Made by a program: the position numbers and the translations under genes
Part shown: in pieces, positions 49,903 to 60,731 of the stretch
Position numbering within the stretch: position 1 is the stretch's first letter
How the letters are laid out: the number at the start of each line of letters is the position of its first letter
Notes under the pieces: generated by a model
Told to the model about the DNA's origin: nothing
The model's input: the letters and a program-made list of their open reading frames with translations, nothing else
The model's database searches: none
NCBI GenBank assembly: GCA_963714425.1
Contig: CAVQOI010000006.1
Span: 6,230 to 70,229 of the forward strand
Length of the DNA stretch: 64,000 nt
DNA from: an uncultured Chloroflexia bacterium
GTDB lineage: Bacteria; Chloroflexota; Anaerolineae; Anaerolineales; UBA4823
Direction: 5' to 3'

Positions 49903-50904
49903 ATGGATATAAAACTTTCAACCAGCTATTCGTTCAAACGTATATTTGTGAAGATCCTGCGTATAAGTGCCTTCCTGGCGCTTGCTTTGGTGAACACAGG
50001 GTTCGTGGGTGATAGCACGCGGGGAGATAAGGCTGGCAACTGGGATGAATTATTTGTGCAGAAGCCGAGCGTGCTCCGTGAGAAGAGCGGTTACAAGATA
50101 TGGTATGACGGTGCTGATTTCGACGGGAATACGCAGGTTGGTCTGGCCAAATCTAAGGATGGGGTGAGCTGGAAGAAAGCTCCGCAGAACCCTGTGTTAG
50201 ATGGCAAACCAGGTGCCTGGGATGCCACCAGCGAGCATGCGCCGTTTGTCATGAAACAGGGCAACCTGTACAAGATGTGGTACGAGGGCTCCGATGGCAA
50301 TGTGAGGCAGCTGGGCTATGCAACCAGCCACAATGGAATTCACTGGAAAAAATATCCAGGAAACCCGGTGCTTATAGCCGGACCGGAGAATTACGATCAG
50401 TTTGTTGCCGGGCATGGTACGGTTCTCTACGAGCATGGCCTCTATAAGCTTTGGTACCATGCCATCGGCGACCTGGACGGTGTTGGCGATCTGGACGCCA
50501 TTATCGCCTATGCCACCTCACCGGATGGGATCAACTGGACCAAGCACGGACCCGTATTAGTGGGAGAAACAGATGGCTGGGATACAGGGCTGTGGGGACC
50601 AAGCGTGCTGAAGGTGAATGGCACCTACTGGATGTGGTACTCCGCAGGCGGTCCAGTTTATAACATCTCAATCGGTGCTGCCACCAGCCCAGACGGGGTG
50701 ACATGGACGCGTGTGGGAGATACTCCCGTCATTACCGATCCTGCTTTTATCAATCACTTTTCGGATCCACACGTGATTTTCGATGGAGGACTCTTCAAAG
50801 TGTGGATCGGTAACTTTAGTGATAACGCAATCTATTATGCAGAATCTGGAAATGGAGTTGACTGGAGCGAGCCGACCCCTAGCCTGTTTCCTGGAACCAG
50901 GTAG
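49903..50904 (+). CDS. Secreted beta-propeller glycosidase-like protein (GH32/43/130-type repeats)
   Basis: Five repeats of WD...P.V...YKMWY...GYATS.DG..W.K..NPV; RBS AGGAG. Confidence 0.75.
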   Translation: MDIKLSTSYSFKRIFVKILRISAFLALALVNTGFVGDSTRGDKAGNWDELFVQKPSVLREKSGYKIWYDGADFDGNTQVGLAKSKDGVSWKKAPQNPVLDGKPGAWDATSEHAPFVMKQGNLYKMWYEGSDGNVRQLGYATSHNGIHWKKYPGNPVLIAGPENYDQFVAGHGTVLYEHGLYKLWYHAIGDLDGVGDLDAIIAYATSPDGINWTKHGPVLVGETDGWDTGLWGPSVLKVNGTYWMWYSAGGPVYNISIGAATSPDGVTWTRVGDTPVITDPAFINHFSDPHVIFDGGLFKVWIGNFSDNAIYYAESGNGVDWSEPTPSLFPGTR

Positions 50905-50930
50905 CCGATCTGTCGTGACCTTACCTATGA

Positions 50931-52090
50931 TCAACTCGGGCTGGTTTCTCCCAGGACGACCTGCACCTGGATGGTTTGACCATCTCTCACCACCTCTACG
51001 ACCACCTGGTCCCCCGGGTTGTACTGGAAGAGCGCATTGATATATGAATGGTTCTCATCGATGGTAACATCCCCAATGCGCGTGATCAAATCGCCCGGTC
51101 GCAGGTCTGCCAGGCTGGCTGGGCTATCTGCTACGACCTCCGTCACGTAGATCGCCCAGTCAACGGGTAAATCGTAAGCTCTCGCGACTCTGGGGGTGAT
51201 GAGCTGCCAGCGGATGCCCATATACGGACGGGAGAAATAACCCTTGGCAATGATCTGCTCCGCCACTGCTTGGGCTGTGCTGACAGGCACGGCAAACCCC
51301 AATCCCTCCGCCACTGTCCCATATCCAGAGCCCCGTACCACCAGTGTGTTGATCCCGATCACCTCCCCAGCCAGGTTCACCAGCGGACCCCCTGAGTTGC
51401 CCTGGTTGATGGCAGCATCAGTCTGGATCAAGTTTTCAATCTGGTAGCCCTTCCCGGTGTCGATCGAACGTCCGGTAGCGCTGACAACACCGACCGTCAC
51501 TGTATTCCTGAAATCTCCCAGGGGTGAGCCGATGGCAATCACCATCTCACCCGGATTGAGTACATCCGAGTTACCCAGAGTTGCAGTAGCTGGTGCGGGG
51601 CTGTCGGTTTTCAGCACCGCAAGGTCGGCAAATGGATCAGTCCCAACGATGGTCGCTGGCTGCTGGCTCCCATCCGAAAGGATGATCGCCACTTCTGTTG
51701 TACCCTCCACCACGTGGTTATTGGTCAGTAAGTAACCTTCGGACGAGATGAACACCCCGCTACCACTCACCGTCTCTGGGCTTGTACGCCCGAAGAAGGT
51801 CACCTGCCCTGGGATGGTGCCCACGACCGTTACAACCGCCGGGCCGATCTTCTCCACCGCCTGGGTTATGCTCGTCTCGACCTCGGTCGTGTCCACTTGC
51901 AGAACCTGGTCTTGCCCGCCATCGTTACTGGCAGTTGCTTCGATCGCTGGAGAAGGGAGCTCGATTACGGCTCCCTCGCCTGGGCGCAAGGCCCGGTAGA
52001 CGGCGATGCCGCCGGCTATTGCACCCCCAGTGCGGCTAAGCCAGCCACGCTGATTACGAAGAGCACATAGATCAGCCGTTTCCAAGACAT
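50931..52090 (-). CDS. HtrA/DegP-like serine protease with PDZ; -1 frameshift in the G-run at 52024-52028
   Basis: TNNHV, DLAV, GNSGGPL; true N-terminus MSWKRLIYVLF (ATG 52090, RBS GGAGG) is in another frame. Confidence 0.88.
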
Positions 52091-52110
52091 CCTCGCCTCC
52101 CCAGGAATGT

Positions 52111-53640
52111 TCAGGGTGTACGCTTGTTAACTTCGTCGATTTTCGAGAGCAGCATTTCCCGCAGCTCTCTTGCAAGCGATTTGTCCTTCAAATATAAGTT
52201 TTTCAGCTCTTCGGGATCATCTTCCAGCTGGTACATCTCGTACTTCTGCTTTTCGTCCATATTGTAGCCGTGATAATGGATCAGCTTTTGTTTGCCTTTG
52301 AGCAGGGCGAACGATGCCAGGGTTAGGGGAGCTTGTTTTGGGTTGGTTTTAGCTTCCATGCTATAGATAACCCGCTCGGGGTCTTCCCGGCTTCCATCAA
52401 AAGGCGGCAAGATCTCCCCTTCACTCCCGCTGGGAGCATCCAGACCCGCCAGCCTCAGGACGGTGGGAAGCAGATCCACGCTGCTGGTGTTGATGTGGAT
52501 ATCCTGGCGCTGAGTCTGTCCCGGCTTGAGGATCACGAGCGGTGTGCGGATGACAGGCTGGTATAACGTGGGGGTCGTATGCGCCTGAATGCCGCGTTCA
52601 AACATCTCCCCGTGATCGGATGTTAGGATGAAATATGTGTTATCCAGCTGCCCTGACCGTTCCAAAAAATCAACCAGCCGTCCCAATTCGGCATCTATGT
52701 TGGCGATAAAGGCATCATAACTGCGCCGATTTCTATTCAAGGCCCTTTGGGTGTGACCTTTAGAAAAGGGATTTGAGCGTTTACGTACAGGTTTCCAACC
52801 ATCATTGAACATATCCTTAAATTCAATGCGAGGGCGGTAGGGTGCGTGCGGGGGTATGAGATGGATGTAAGCAAAGTAGGGCTGCCTGATACGGGTTACA
52901 AGCTCCATCAGCCCATCGAGTGTATCTTCAAGCTTAAAGTAAAGGCCGTGATGGAAGGGTAAGCCATCCGGATAGCGGTCTTCCAGGGATACTTTCAGAT
53001 CGCGCTTTTGTACGCTGGTCGACCAGGCGCGAATCAGAGATGAGAATAATGAGCCCGGGATGGTTCCATCATTGGGCAGCATCAAATTTTCGGCGAAGTT
53101 AGCAATGTTGAAATCATCCTGGAAGACCAAATCAGAGAATTCCAGATCGATCGTTCCAAACGACCGGGGCCACTGGAAATATTCGATTTCGTCGATGAAC
53201 TGATACAGCAAGTTTACAGCAAGGGAGTTATGCGTATACCCCAAGCGAGTGTAGCCTTTCGGAGCCAGTAGACGGAATATATTGTTCCCTACCAGATGCT
53301 GATCGACCATCCCACGCAATTGGAGGGCGCGATGCGTCCATGGGTAGGTACCGGTCAGAATGGAGCCCACGCCGGATGAAGTGAAGTTGGATGCAGAATA
53401 GTGGTTGTGATAGACAATGGCTCGCTCGGCAATGCGTTCCAGGTTGGGGGTGGTCCGCCGAGGATAGCCATGGAGAGATGCATGTGGAGCGGAGAAGGCG
53501 TCGAAGAGTAGCACCAAGAAATTTGGAGGGGTAGCTGCCTGGTCGCTCTGCGTTGCTGGCAATGACCGCCAGTCCCGCGCCAAAAAGGGCAAGACGGTGG
53601 AAAACTTTAAAAAATCACGTCGAGAGATTGTTGGTTTCAT
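52111..53640 (-). CDS. Tat-exported sulfatase-like hydrolase/transferase
   Basis: SRRDFLK; FDA, TTPN, NFTSSG, PHAPY, TSDHGE, DPEE..NL. Confidence 0.88.
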   Translation of the reverse strand: MKPTISRRDFLKFSTVLPFLARDWRSLPATQSDQAATPPNFLVLLFDAFSAPHASLHGYPRRTTPNLERIAERAIVYHNHYSASNFTSSGVGSILTGTYPWTHRALQLRGMVDQHLVGNNIFRLLAPKGYTRLGYTHNSLAVNLLYQFIDEIEYFQWPRSFGTIDLEFSDLVFQDDFNIANFAENLMLPNDGTIPGSLFSSLIRAWSTSVQKRDLKVSLEDRYPDGLPFHHGLYFKLEDTLDGLMELVTRIRQPYFAYIHLIPPHAPYRPRIEFKDMFNDGWKPVRKRSNPFSKGHTQRALNRNRRSYDAFIANIDAELGRLVDFLERSGQLDNTYFILTSDHGEMFERGIQAHTTPTLYQPVIRTPLVILKPGQTQRQDIHINTSSVDLLPTVLRLAGLDAPSGSEGEILPPFDGSREDPERVIYSMEAKTNPKQAPLTLASFALLKGKQKLIHYHGYNMDEKQKYEMYQLEDDPEELKNLYLKDKSLARELREMLLSKIDEVNKRTP

Positions 53641-53642
53641 AG

Positions 53643-54176
53643 TTAATAGTTGCGCAAGAATGCGATCAGCAACCCTGCCAATCCCGTAAAAATGTAAGCA
53701 GATGCCAAAATCGATATCTGGCTAACCAGGCGCTCGACCCAAACTCCAAAAATCTTGACCTTCCACAGGACGAATTCAGCCGCCAGGAGGGAGAGTAAAT
53801 AGGCGGGAACCCAAGAAACCACGCCCGTGCCCCAGGCATAAACCCCCTGCGCATTAATGTGGATCACGACCGCCCAGATCGCAGAGACCCATACAATGAC
53901 GGTCGAGTGTATAACAAGCCTGTCACGCAAATAGGCGGCAGGTAATAGTCCTGCGACGAGAACAAAAAACAGCCACAGCAACAGGCTCTCAATCAGGGTA
54001 TAGGCGAGGGTATAGGCTATGATGCTGATCACCTCCCAGATGCTGAGCTTGATCGCCCAGGAGGGAATCAGATCGAATAAGCGGAAAAACGTCCACAGGA
54101 AAAGCGGGAATGAACAGGTCACGAACGTATGGAACAACTCCTGTCTTGCCGGCAGTCTGCGCGTAAAGAACGTCAT
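53643..54176 (-). CDS. Membrane protein (about 5 TM) coupled to the sulfatase-like gene
   Basis: RLP...F...WT...AY.L...L.ES...RN C-terminus; paralog of 59225-59818. Confidence 0.75.
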   Translation of the reverse strand: MTFFTRRLPARQELFHTFVTCSFPLFLWTFFRLFDLIPSWAIKLSIWEVISIIAYTLAYTLIESLLLWLFFVLVAGLLPAAYLRDRLVIHSTVIVWVSAIWAVVIHINAQGVYAWGTGVVSWVPAYLLSLLAAEFVLWKVKIFGVWVERLVSQISILASAYIFTGLAGLLIAFLRNY

Positions 54177-54361
54177 ATCGGTTCCCAAGATCGAGATTCC
54201 ACAAACATTCTAGGGAGGATACCTGTAGGGAGTGCCGTATGTCAAGGGATCACAGGAGCAAATCGATTGGATGCCTGCTGCAGCTGCCCTCCTTGGGGCA
54301 GACAGAAAAACCAGGGCTTGATGAGTTAAGCCTCAAGCTGCGGCGCGGCGACTTTAGCTGG

Positions 54362-54815
54362 TCATCTGCCGATGATCGGAAGTCCTTGCTTTTCCCACTC
54401 CACCATGCCACCTTTCAAATTCCACACATCGGTGTAGCCCAGCCCTACCAGGGTTTCGGCGGCGATGGCGCTCATGCGCCCGCTCCGGCAGTACAGGACG
54501 ATCTTGGCGCCTTTATCAGCTGGCAGCTGGTCAAGGTGCTGGTCAATCTCGTCAAAGGGGATCGATACGTCGGTCTTGGCGATGTCACCTTCGAAGGGGA
54601 TGTGCACATTGACGAAGGTGAAGTCCTTATTCTCCAGCATGGGCTCGAACTCTGACACGCTGACATCCGTATAAGCGCCGCCTTCCACGGTGACGGGCTC
54701 GCCCACCGGCGAGGTCGCCGCGCCCTCCGCAGGCTGCTAGGGCAAGGGCGAGAAACAGCACAGAGAAGAGCAAAATGCGCTGTTTATTAAAGGGGTTGAT
54801 TTGGATTGTCTTCAT
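54362..54815 (-). CDS. Rhodanese-like lipoprotein; +1 frameshift near 54724
   Basis: Lipobox LAAC in one frame, YCRSGRMS and LKGGM..W in another; deleting one G joins them (CGGAATSPVGE). Confidence 0.8.
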
Positions 54816-54946
54816 AAGCGTATTGTAACCAATGCCAGCGAGAATGGGAATATGCGATATCGTCCAATCGCCCAGGCCATAAAAGCCCGCGTAGGACGGG
54901 CCTCCTGCCTGCCGGCATGCCAAACCCGACCTCAACGTGTACCAGC

Positions 54947-55541
54947 CTACCTCACGAAAGGGATGCTCAGCGAGGTAGTGGATAGGTTTCTCGGAGAGCG
55001 CCCGCATAGCATTGACCACCCCCTGGTAAGTGCTGAATATGCCGATCAAAATCATCGGCGCGGGCGCGCACAATATCATGAGTTCTAATATCCCAAGCTT
55101 CATCATCCCAACGCCCCCTTGCGACTCCCCGACCAGAGTGAAAACGGCGGGCAAGAGCATGAGCAGGAAGCCGCTTAATAACATCAGAAGCACCATTGTG
55201 ATCTGGAAGTTGAGCACCAGGCGTCCCTGCTGGTCAATTTTATAGCTCTGATTTTTCTTCCACGACCACAACAGCAGCGGGATAACCACCAGCGGGATGC
55301 TGCTGCTCAGGTGCAGGACGGCAAGCCAGAGCGGCTCGTTTTGGGTGTTCTCCTGCCCAAAATCAAAATCGAGCGCCTGGCTCAGGCACTGTAAGGTATA
55401 GAGGCGAGGGTCCACCTCGCCGCTTTCGATGCGCTGGACGGTGCGCGCGCTGACTTCACATTTCTCCGCCAGTTGCTCCTGTGTGAAGCCCTTTTGCTGG
55501 CGTAGTTCATTGACTTTGAGTCCGAGATCGGGTTGTTTCAT
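54947..55541 (-). CDS. XRE HTH + DUF4870-like membrane domain; +1 frameshift near 54973
   Basis: LRQQKGFTQEQLAE..VS.RTVQRIESG, LNFQI; removing one base gives YPLSIPFVR-stop. Confidence 0.8.
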
Positions 55542-55678
55542 GGCTGTCTCCTCATTAATTCTTCCCACATTATAGAAGAAGCCATCAATTCCACAATGTC
55601 ATATACACGACACTTACACGACATTTGCTTTTCCGCTGCGGGCGAGCGAGGAAAAGAACTTACCTCACACTTCGCCCC

Positions 55679-57409
55679 TCACTTCTCCTCCTCCACCTCC
55701 ACCTTCAGCCTGCCCAACCCTGCCTGGATGGCCTCCAGCCCGTCTTTCGCCTCGCTCAGCTTGCTCTGCTCGGCGCGCACGAAGCGCGTGTAAGGCGCCA
55801 TGGCCTCCCCGATGCGCCCCAGGCTGCGCTCGATCTCGCTCTCGAACTGCCCGCTCAGCGAGCGCACCAGCTGCTCTCGCAGTTGTCCGATCTTCTCCCG
55901 CATCTCGATTTTGGCCTGGCGTTTTTTGGCGGGGATCAAGAACAACCCCAATGCAGCCATCAGGCTGGCAAGTAGCACACCGGTCACGTCGGCAGCCGCG
56001 GTAGTGGCCAGCACGGCTACCAGCGTGCCCAGCCCCACAGCGCCCACCTCCACCGCAGCCAGGGCGGCTACTGCGTTGCGCGCCCCATCGGCGATGGCCT
56101 CGGCTTCCTGAGTTTTGTCGTAGCTCTCAACAAGGCGGCGCGCCTCTTTCCCCACACCCTCGATTAAGCGCTGGCGGTCGTGGTGGAAGGTCCCTCCGGC
56201 GGTGTCACCCACGATGCGCTCGGCGTGCCGGCGGCGCCGCTCTGCCAGGTGCTCGTCCACCGCCTGCCACTGGCGCAGATCGGAATCTACCAGCCAGTCG
56301 ATGATCTCAGCGGCTTTCGCCTCGATTTTCTGCGGGGAGTCGCCCACCACGTGGCTCTCGAACTCACGCTGGATCTTGGATTTGTTGAGCAGGTCGAAGA
56401 CCCTCCCTAGGCGCAGGGTCTCGTCGAAGTATTCCTGTCCACGCTGCTCCATCTCGAGCAGCACGTTCTCGATATCGGCCATGCGGAAGTGGAAGTCGCG
56501 GCCCATGTCGCCTTTGTAGACGCCAAGCTGAGCTTCTACATCCTCCAGGGTGGTGAAGTCGTCCTTGAGCAAGCCCAGGCGGTCGTCGATCTCGTCCAGG
56601 TACTTGCCGGTCAGGTGCGTACCCACACCCAAGGGGTTGAGGAACTTGAGGCGCAGGCGGCCTTTCTCGTCGAGGGTGTCGTGGATATAACTCTCCAACG
56701 GCTCGAAGCGGCTCTCCGCCCATAGCTCAGGCTCACCGTTCTTGGCGCGCAGCGCCAGGCGCGAGCTGACCGGAAAGATCTCAGGGGTGATGCCCAGCAG
56801 GGAGCGCGTGTTCTCGGCGATGAAATCCCGCACCTGCACCAACTCATCCTCATCCTGAAACAGGTCGATTTTGTTGAGCACCACCACCACCTTCTTGCCC
56901 CAGTCGCGGATCTTCTCCAGGAATTGGCGCTCGCTCTCGGTGAAGGGGCGGTCAGCGGAAGTGATGAACAGCACCAGGTCGGAACGGGGTACGAACTGGG
57001 CAGTGATTGTCTCGTGCTCGCGGATGATGGCGTTGGTGCCGGGCGTATCCACGATGCTGATCTCTGCCAGCATGTCCACCGGGGCGGTAACCGTCTGCAC
57101 GTTCTCGGTCTCATATTGGCGAGCGGGTGCGTCAGCGTAGCGCAGGATGTTGATCTGCGTGGTAGTGGGGGTGACGCCCTCTTTGAGCACTTTCTGCCCC
57201 AATAAGGCGTTGATGAAGGCCGATTTGCCGGCGTTGAATTCACCCACCACCACCAGCAGGAACAGCTCGTCTAAATTGCGGATGGACTGCCCCAAGGTCT
57301 CCTGGTCGTTATCGGCTGCGCCAAACTGCACCAGGGCGACGCGCAGGTCGTTGAGCAGGGCGCGTTCTTCAACGAGCAAGTCTTCTTGTTTTTTGGTCAG
57401 GATGCGCAT
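55679..57409 (-). CDS. Bacterial dynamin-like GTPase
   Basis: GEFNAGKS, PTT, DTPG, NKID; helical stalk with hydrophobic paddle. Confidence 0.9.
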   Translation of the reverse strand: MRILTKKQEDLLVEERALLNDLRVALVQFGAADNDQETLGQSIRNLDELFLLVVVGEFNAGKSAFINALLGQKVLKEGVTPTTTQINILRYADAPARQYETENVQTVTAPVDMLAEISIVDTPGTNAIIREHETITAQFVPRSDLVLFITSADRPFTESERQFLEKIRDWGKKVVVVLNKIDLFQDEDELVQVRDFIAENTRSLLGITPEIFPVSSRLALRAKNGEPELWAESRFEPLESYIHDTLDEKGRLRLKFLNPLGVGTHLTGKYLDEIDDRLGLLKDDFTTLEDVEAQLGVYKGDMGRDFHFRMADIENVLLEMEQRGQEYFDETLRLGRVFDLLNKSKIQREFESHVVGDSPQKIEAKAAEIIDWLVDSDLRQWQAVDEHLAERRRRHAERIVGDTAGGTFHHDRQRLIEGVGKEARRLVESYDKTQEAEAIADGARNAVAALAAVEVGAVGLGTLVAVLATTAAADVTGVLLASLMAALGLFLIPAKKRQAKIEMREKIGQLREQLVRSLSGQFESEIERSLGRIGEAMAPYTRFVRAEQSKLSEAKDGLEAIQAGLGRLKVEVEEEK

Positions 57410-57651
57410 ATTTGTAAATCCCTTGGCTACCGAACAGTTCTTGTTGAAATACTTTTTGACCCCAGAGATACACGGATCTACGGATCGGGAGGGTGTGCTT
57501 ATCAGCGTCGTTCGAGTTTATCCGCGCGACGAAAAAGCGTGCCTGGTAGCCGGTTTATCCCAGTGCAAATTATAGCATTCTTGGGCATGAATAATTGCAG
57601 GGGAGATAAAGATGCCGAAATCAGGGGAGTGCCTGGCGAAATCTCCCGCAC

Positions 57652-59187
57652 TTACCTGTTCTCAAGATAAGGCCTGTTCACCTGCTCCAGCTTATCATCC
57701 AATTCAGCTTGGAGGTCCTGGACCGCTGGGTGAGCATCGATGAGGTTCTCGCGTTCTTCAGGATCGTTCTCCAGATCGAAGAATTCGTCTTCATCATATG
57801 TGCGATAACCAAGATAGCGGATCAGCTTATACCGCCCGCGCATAAGGCAGATGGTGGCTTTAGTCAGCGGCTCGTGGGCTGGATTCTTCTTCGCCTCCAG
57901 GGAGAACACACTGCGATCCGTATTCTCCTCTCCCCCAAATCCAGGCAAGAGCTGACCTTCACACCATTCCGGTTGCTCTACTCCTGTGATCTGAGCCAGG
58001 GTGGGCAGCAGGTCCACGTTGCTGGTGAGGGCATGGAAGTCACGGCGCTCCCTCTGACCCGGAGCTGCGATGAGCAGGGGGACGCGGATGACAGGCTCGA
58101 AAAGAAACGGGTTGACGTGCCCGTGTTCCCCTCTTTCGAAAAGCTCGCCATGATCGGAAGTGACAATCAGGTAGCTATCTTCAAGCACACCTGACACCTC
58201 CAGGTGATCGATCAGCTTCCCGAACTCGAAATCCAGGTTGGCAATATACTCATCGTAGTTCTGCCTGCGCTCATTGAGTCGCTCTTCGGACAGCCTGGTC
58301 GCCAGGGGATGCCGTTTCTTCCGCTTGGGGGTCCAGCCATCTGAGAACATGCCCCTGAAATCGCGGGCGGGCAAATATGGCGTATGCGGCGGCATCAAAT
58401 GCACATAGGAAAAAAACGGGGCTGGCAGGCTGCTGAGCAGCTCCTGCACGCCGCTCATCACCTCTTCGATAGCGAAATAGATTTCCACGCTCGAGAGGTC
58501 AGGCAGCCCGTCGGGGTGCAGGTCAGACATCCGCGCGTCGACCAGGCGCCTTGCCATCTGTGTGCGCACGTCGTTCAGGATAGACAGGAACAACGACCCG
58601 CGCCGGCTTTCGGGCTTGAACAGGAACTGGTCGTAGCTCATCAATCCATTGATGGCGTCATTTGGGAAGAGCTTGTCGAAGATAGTGTTTCCGGCAGCGC
58701 TGAAGCTGTCCGGCCCGAGATGGCGCGGCATGCGCTCGTTGAACTGGTAGAGCAGCAGGTCTGCATATGTATTCTGGGCGAATCCAGCCTGGTAGTATGC
58801 GCTATCGAGCACCTGCAACAGATTATTCGAGCGCACCTGAGGCCTGACCAAACCGCTCAATGTGAACGCTCGGTGCGTCCAGGGATACGTGCCGCTGAAG
58901 AGCGAGGCTGTGCTCGGCGTGGTGAAGTTGGCCGCGGAGTGGTGGTTGTGGTACACGGTGGCGCGTCCCGCCAGGCGCTCGATGTTGGGGCTGGTCTTAC
59001 GTGGGTATCCATACAACGAGAGATGCTCTGCGGACATAGCATCGAAGATGAGCACGATCACGTTCGGCCGCGCTTGTTCCTGGGTGCGCGCTTCCTCCAG
59101 CTCGGCAGGCAGTGCTCGCGCCAGGGGCGCCAGGCAGACTGCCGAGCCCAGCTTTAGGAAATCGCGCCGGGTGAGTTTCGTGGACAT
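57652..59187 (-). CDS. Tat-exported sulfatase-like hydrolase/transferase (paralog 2)
   Basis: TRRDFLK; FDA, NFTTPS, PHTPY, TSDHGE, DPEE..NL. Confidence 0.88.
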   Translation of the reverse strand: MSTKLTRRDFLKLGSAVCLAPLARALPAELEEARTQEQARPNVIVLIFDAMSAEHLSLYGYPRKTSPNIERLAGRATVYHNHHSAANFTTPSTASLFSGTYPWTHRAFTLSGLVRPQVRSNNLLQVLDSAYYQAGFAQNTYADLLLYQFNERMPRHLGPDSFSAAGNTIFDKLFPNDAINGLMSYDQFLFKPESRRGSLFLSILNDVRTQMARRLVDARMSDLHPDGLPDLSSVEIYFAIEEVMSGVQELLSSLPAPFFSYVHLMPPHTPYLPARDFRGMFSDGWTPKRKKRHPLATRLSEERLNERRQNYDEYIANLDFEFGKLIDHLEVSGVLEDSYLIVTSDHGELFERGEHGHVNPFLFEPVIRVPLLIAAPGQRERRDFHALTSNVDLLPTLAQITGVEQPEWCEGQLLPGFGGEENTDRSVFSLEAKKNPAHEPLTKATICLMRGRYKLIRYLGYRTYDEDEFFDLENDPEERENLIDAHPAVQDLQAELDDKLEQVNRPYLENR

Positions 59188-59224
59188 TGGTCTCAATGGA
59201 TCATGCATGGAGATATAACCTGGA

Positions 59225-59818
59225 CTAGAACAGGTTGCGCAAGATAACAACCACCCATCCAGCCAGGCTTAGTGGGACATAAATATAGGTGAAGACCGTC
59301 ATCCGGTCAGCAAATCCGTTCAGCTGGCGGGACAAGAACGGAATGCGATCAATCAACCATGAAGTCACGTCGACGCAGATGGTGATCGCTAACAGGCCAA
59401 GTACAATGGTGCCCAGGAGCATCTGCAGATCCATCTTCGGGATAATCTCCAGCCTGCCCTGCATCAGAATTGCTCCGACGCTGAACAGCAGCAGCAATGC
59501 TATCCCCACCTCGATAAACTTATCTCTGAAGGTGCGGGGTGGGAAGATCAGGCTTAGGGCAAACAAGACCCCCAGGAGCGCCAGGCTTTCGACCAGGGCG
59601 AAGGATAGGATGTAAGCCGCCAGGATGAGCACGTTTAACAGGCTCAGGGTATACAGCCAGCTGGCCATTTGCCAGAAGAGATGGTAGATCGTCCAGCTAA
59701 AAACGACAAAGACGATGGTCGAGAAGACTGGCAGAATTTGCCCCCATGAGGGCAGGCGGGAGGTGAGCCTCTGCCTGAGGGCAGGCAGGGCTTGTGGTTT
59801 TGTGTCGATAGCGTCCAT
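59225..59818 (-). CDS. Membrane protein (about 5 TM) upstream of the sulfatase-like gene (paralog 2)
   Basis: Same motif order as 53643-54176, ending LRNLF. Confidence 0.75.
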   Translation of the reverse strand: MDAIDTKPQALPALRQRLTSRLPSWGQILPVFSTIVFVVFSWTIYHLFWQMASWLYTLSLLNVLILAAYILSFALVESLALLGVLFALSLIFPPRTFRDKFIEVGIALLLLFSVGAILMQGRLEIIPKMDLQMLLGTIVLGLLAITICVDVTSWLIDRIPFLSRQLNGFADRMTVFTYIYVPLSLAGWVVVILRNLF

Positions 59819-59924
59819 TTCGTGGGGGAATTATAGCTTAAGAAAATGCGTGACACTTTCAAAGTGCCACGCAGACGGTAAGTCCATTCAGGTGTTGGAA
59901 CACCCTTCCGCTAGCATTTCTAGG

Positions 59925-60584
59925 TCACAAGCCTCCCATCTCTTGAGCCAGCTGTTCAAAATACGCCACCATCACGTGGTGGCGATCTTCTGCCAGCGCC
60001 CGCCCTGCGGACGTGAACATGCGCTCCTTGATGTGCCGCAGCTTGAAGATGTATTCGTGGTAGGCGGAGTGGGGCTCGCCGGGGGCCAGCTCGCCACTCT
60101 CGATGAACTGCTGCGATGGCGTGGCGTACGCCGGCTGCCCGGCTTGAACTGCGTAGCCGATGGCGCGCGCCACCCCGATGGCCCCGATGGCGTCCAGCTT
60201 GTCGGCGTCGAACAGGACCTGCGCCTCCAGCGTGGCGGGTGGCTCACGTTCATCGCGGAAGCGGTGGGCGCGGATGCAGTGCTCCACGCGGGCGATGCGC
60301 TCCTCGGGCCAGCCCTCCCCTTGCAGCACCTGGGCAGCGAAGGAGGCCGAAGCGTGATGGTGATTTTCACGCAAGCTGCTCGTATCAGCTTGCGTATAGC
60401 GTATAGCGTTTTGCGTATCGGGGTTGGCGTCATGCAGGAGAGCGGCGAGGCGCACGATCTCCAGGTCGGCGCCTTCCAGGCGCGCCAGGTGTTCAGCCAG
60501 GTGGTAGACGCGCAGCACGTGGTCGAAGCCGTGTACGGGGTCGTTGTCAGGGTACCAGCCGCGGGCAGTGTCAATAGAGATCAT
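59925..60584 (-). CDS. HD domain phosphohydrolase
   Basis: H...HVLRV, AALLHD, H, DADKLDAIGAIG. Confidence 0.9.
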   Translation of the reverse strand: MISIDTARGWYPDNDPVHGFDHVLRVYHLAEHLARLEGADLEIVRLAALLHDANPDTQNAIRYTQADTSSLRENHHHASASFAAQVLQGEGWPEERIARVEHCIRAHRFRDEREPPATLEAQVLFDADKLDAIGAIGVARAIGYAVQAGQPAYATPSQQFIESGELAPGEPHSAYHEYIFKLRHIKERMFTSAGRALAEDRHHVMVAYFEQLAQEMGGL

Positions 60585-60616
60585 GGATGCTCAAGGTCAC
60601 AAACCAGATAAGGGTA

Positions 60617-60668
60617 GGACACGGATGGACGCGGATCGATCCGTGATTTCCGTGTATATCCGCGTCCT
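60617..60668. repeat. acacggat/atccgtg-type palindromic repeat
   Basis: ggacacggatggacgcggat...atccgtg...atccgcgtcc; related short units near 43620-43680 and 57470-57490. Confidence 0.5.
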
Positions 60669-60731
60669 ATCTTTTACACCTAACGGAAAACGAATTGTTT
60701 CTGCGATTCTCCACCTCATCCACATCCTATG

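Noticed and set aside
54627-55568. 313-aa XRE-membrane-lipoprotein fusion ORF
   Set aside because: Artefact of two +1 frameshifts joining two ordinary genes across their intergenic region.
55679-57409. Dynamin-like gene as an anti-phage system
   Set aside because: Single gene in a housekeeping-like context with no defence neighbours.
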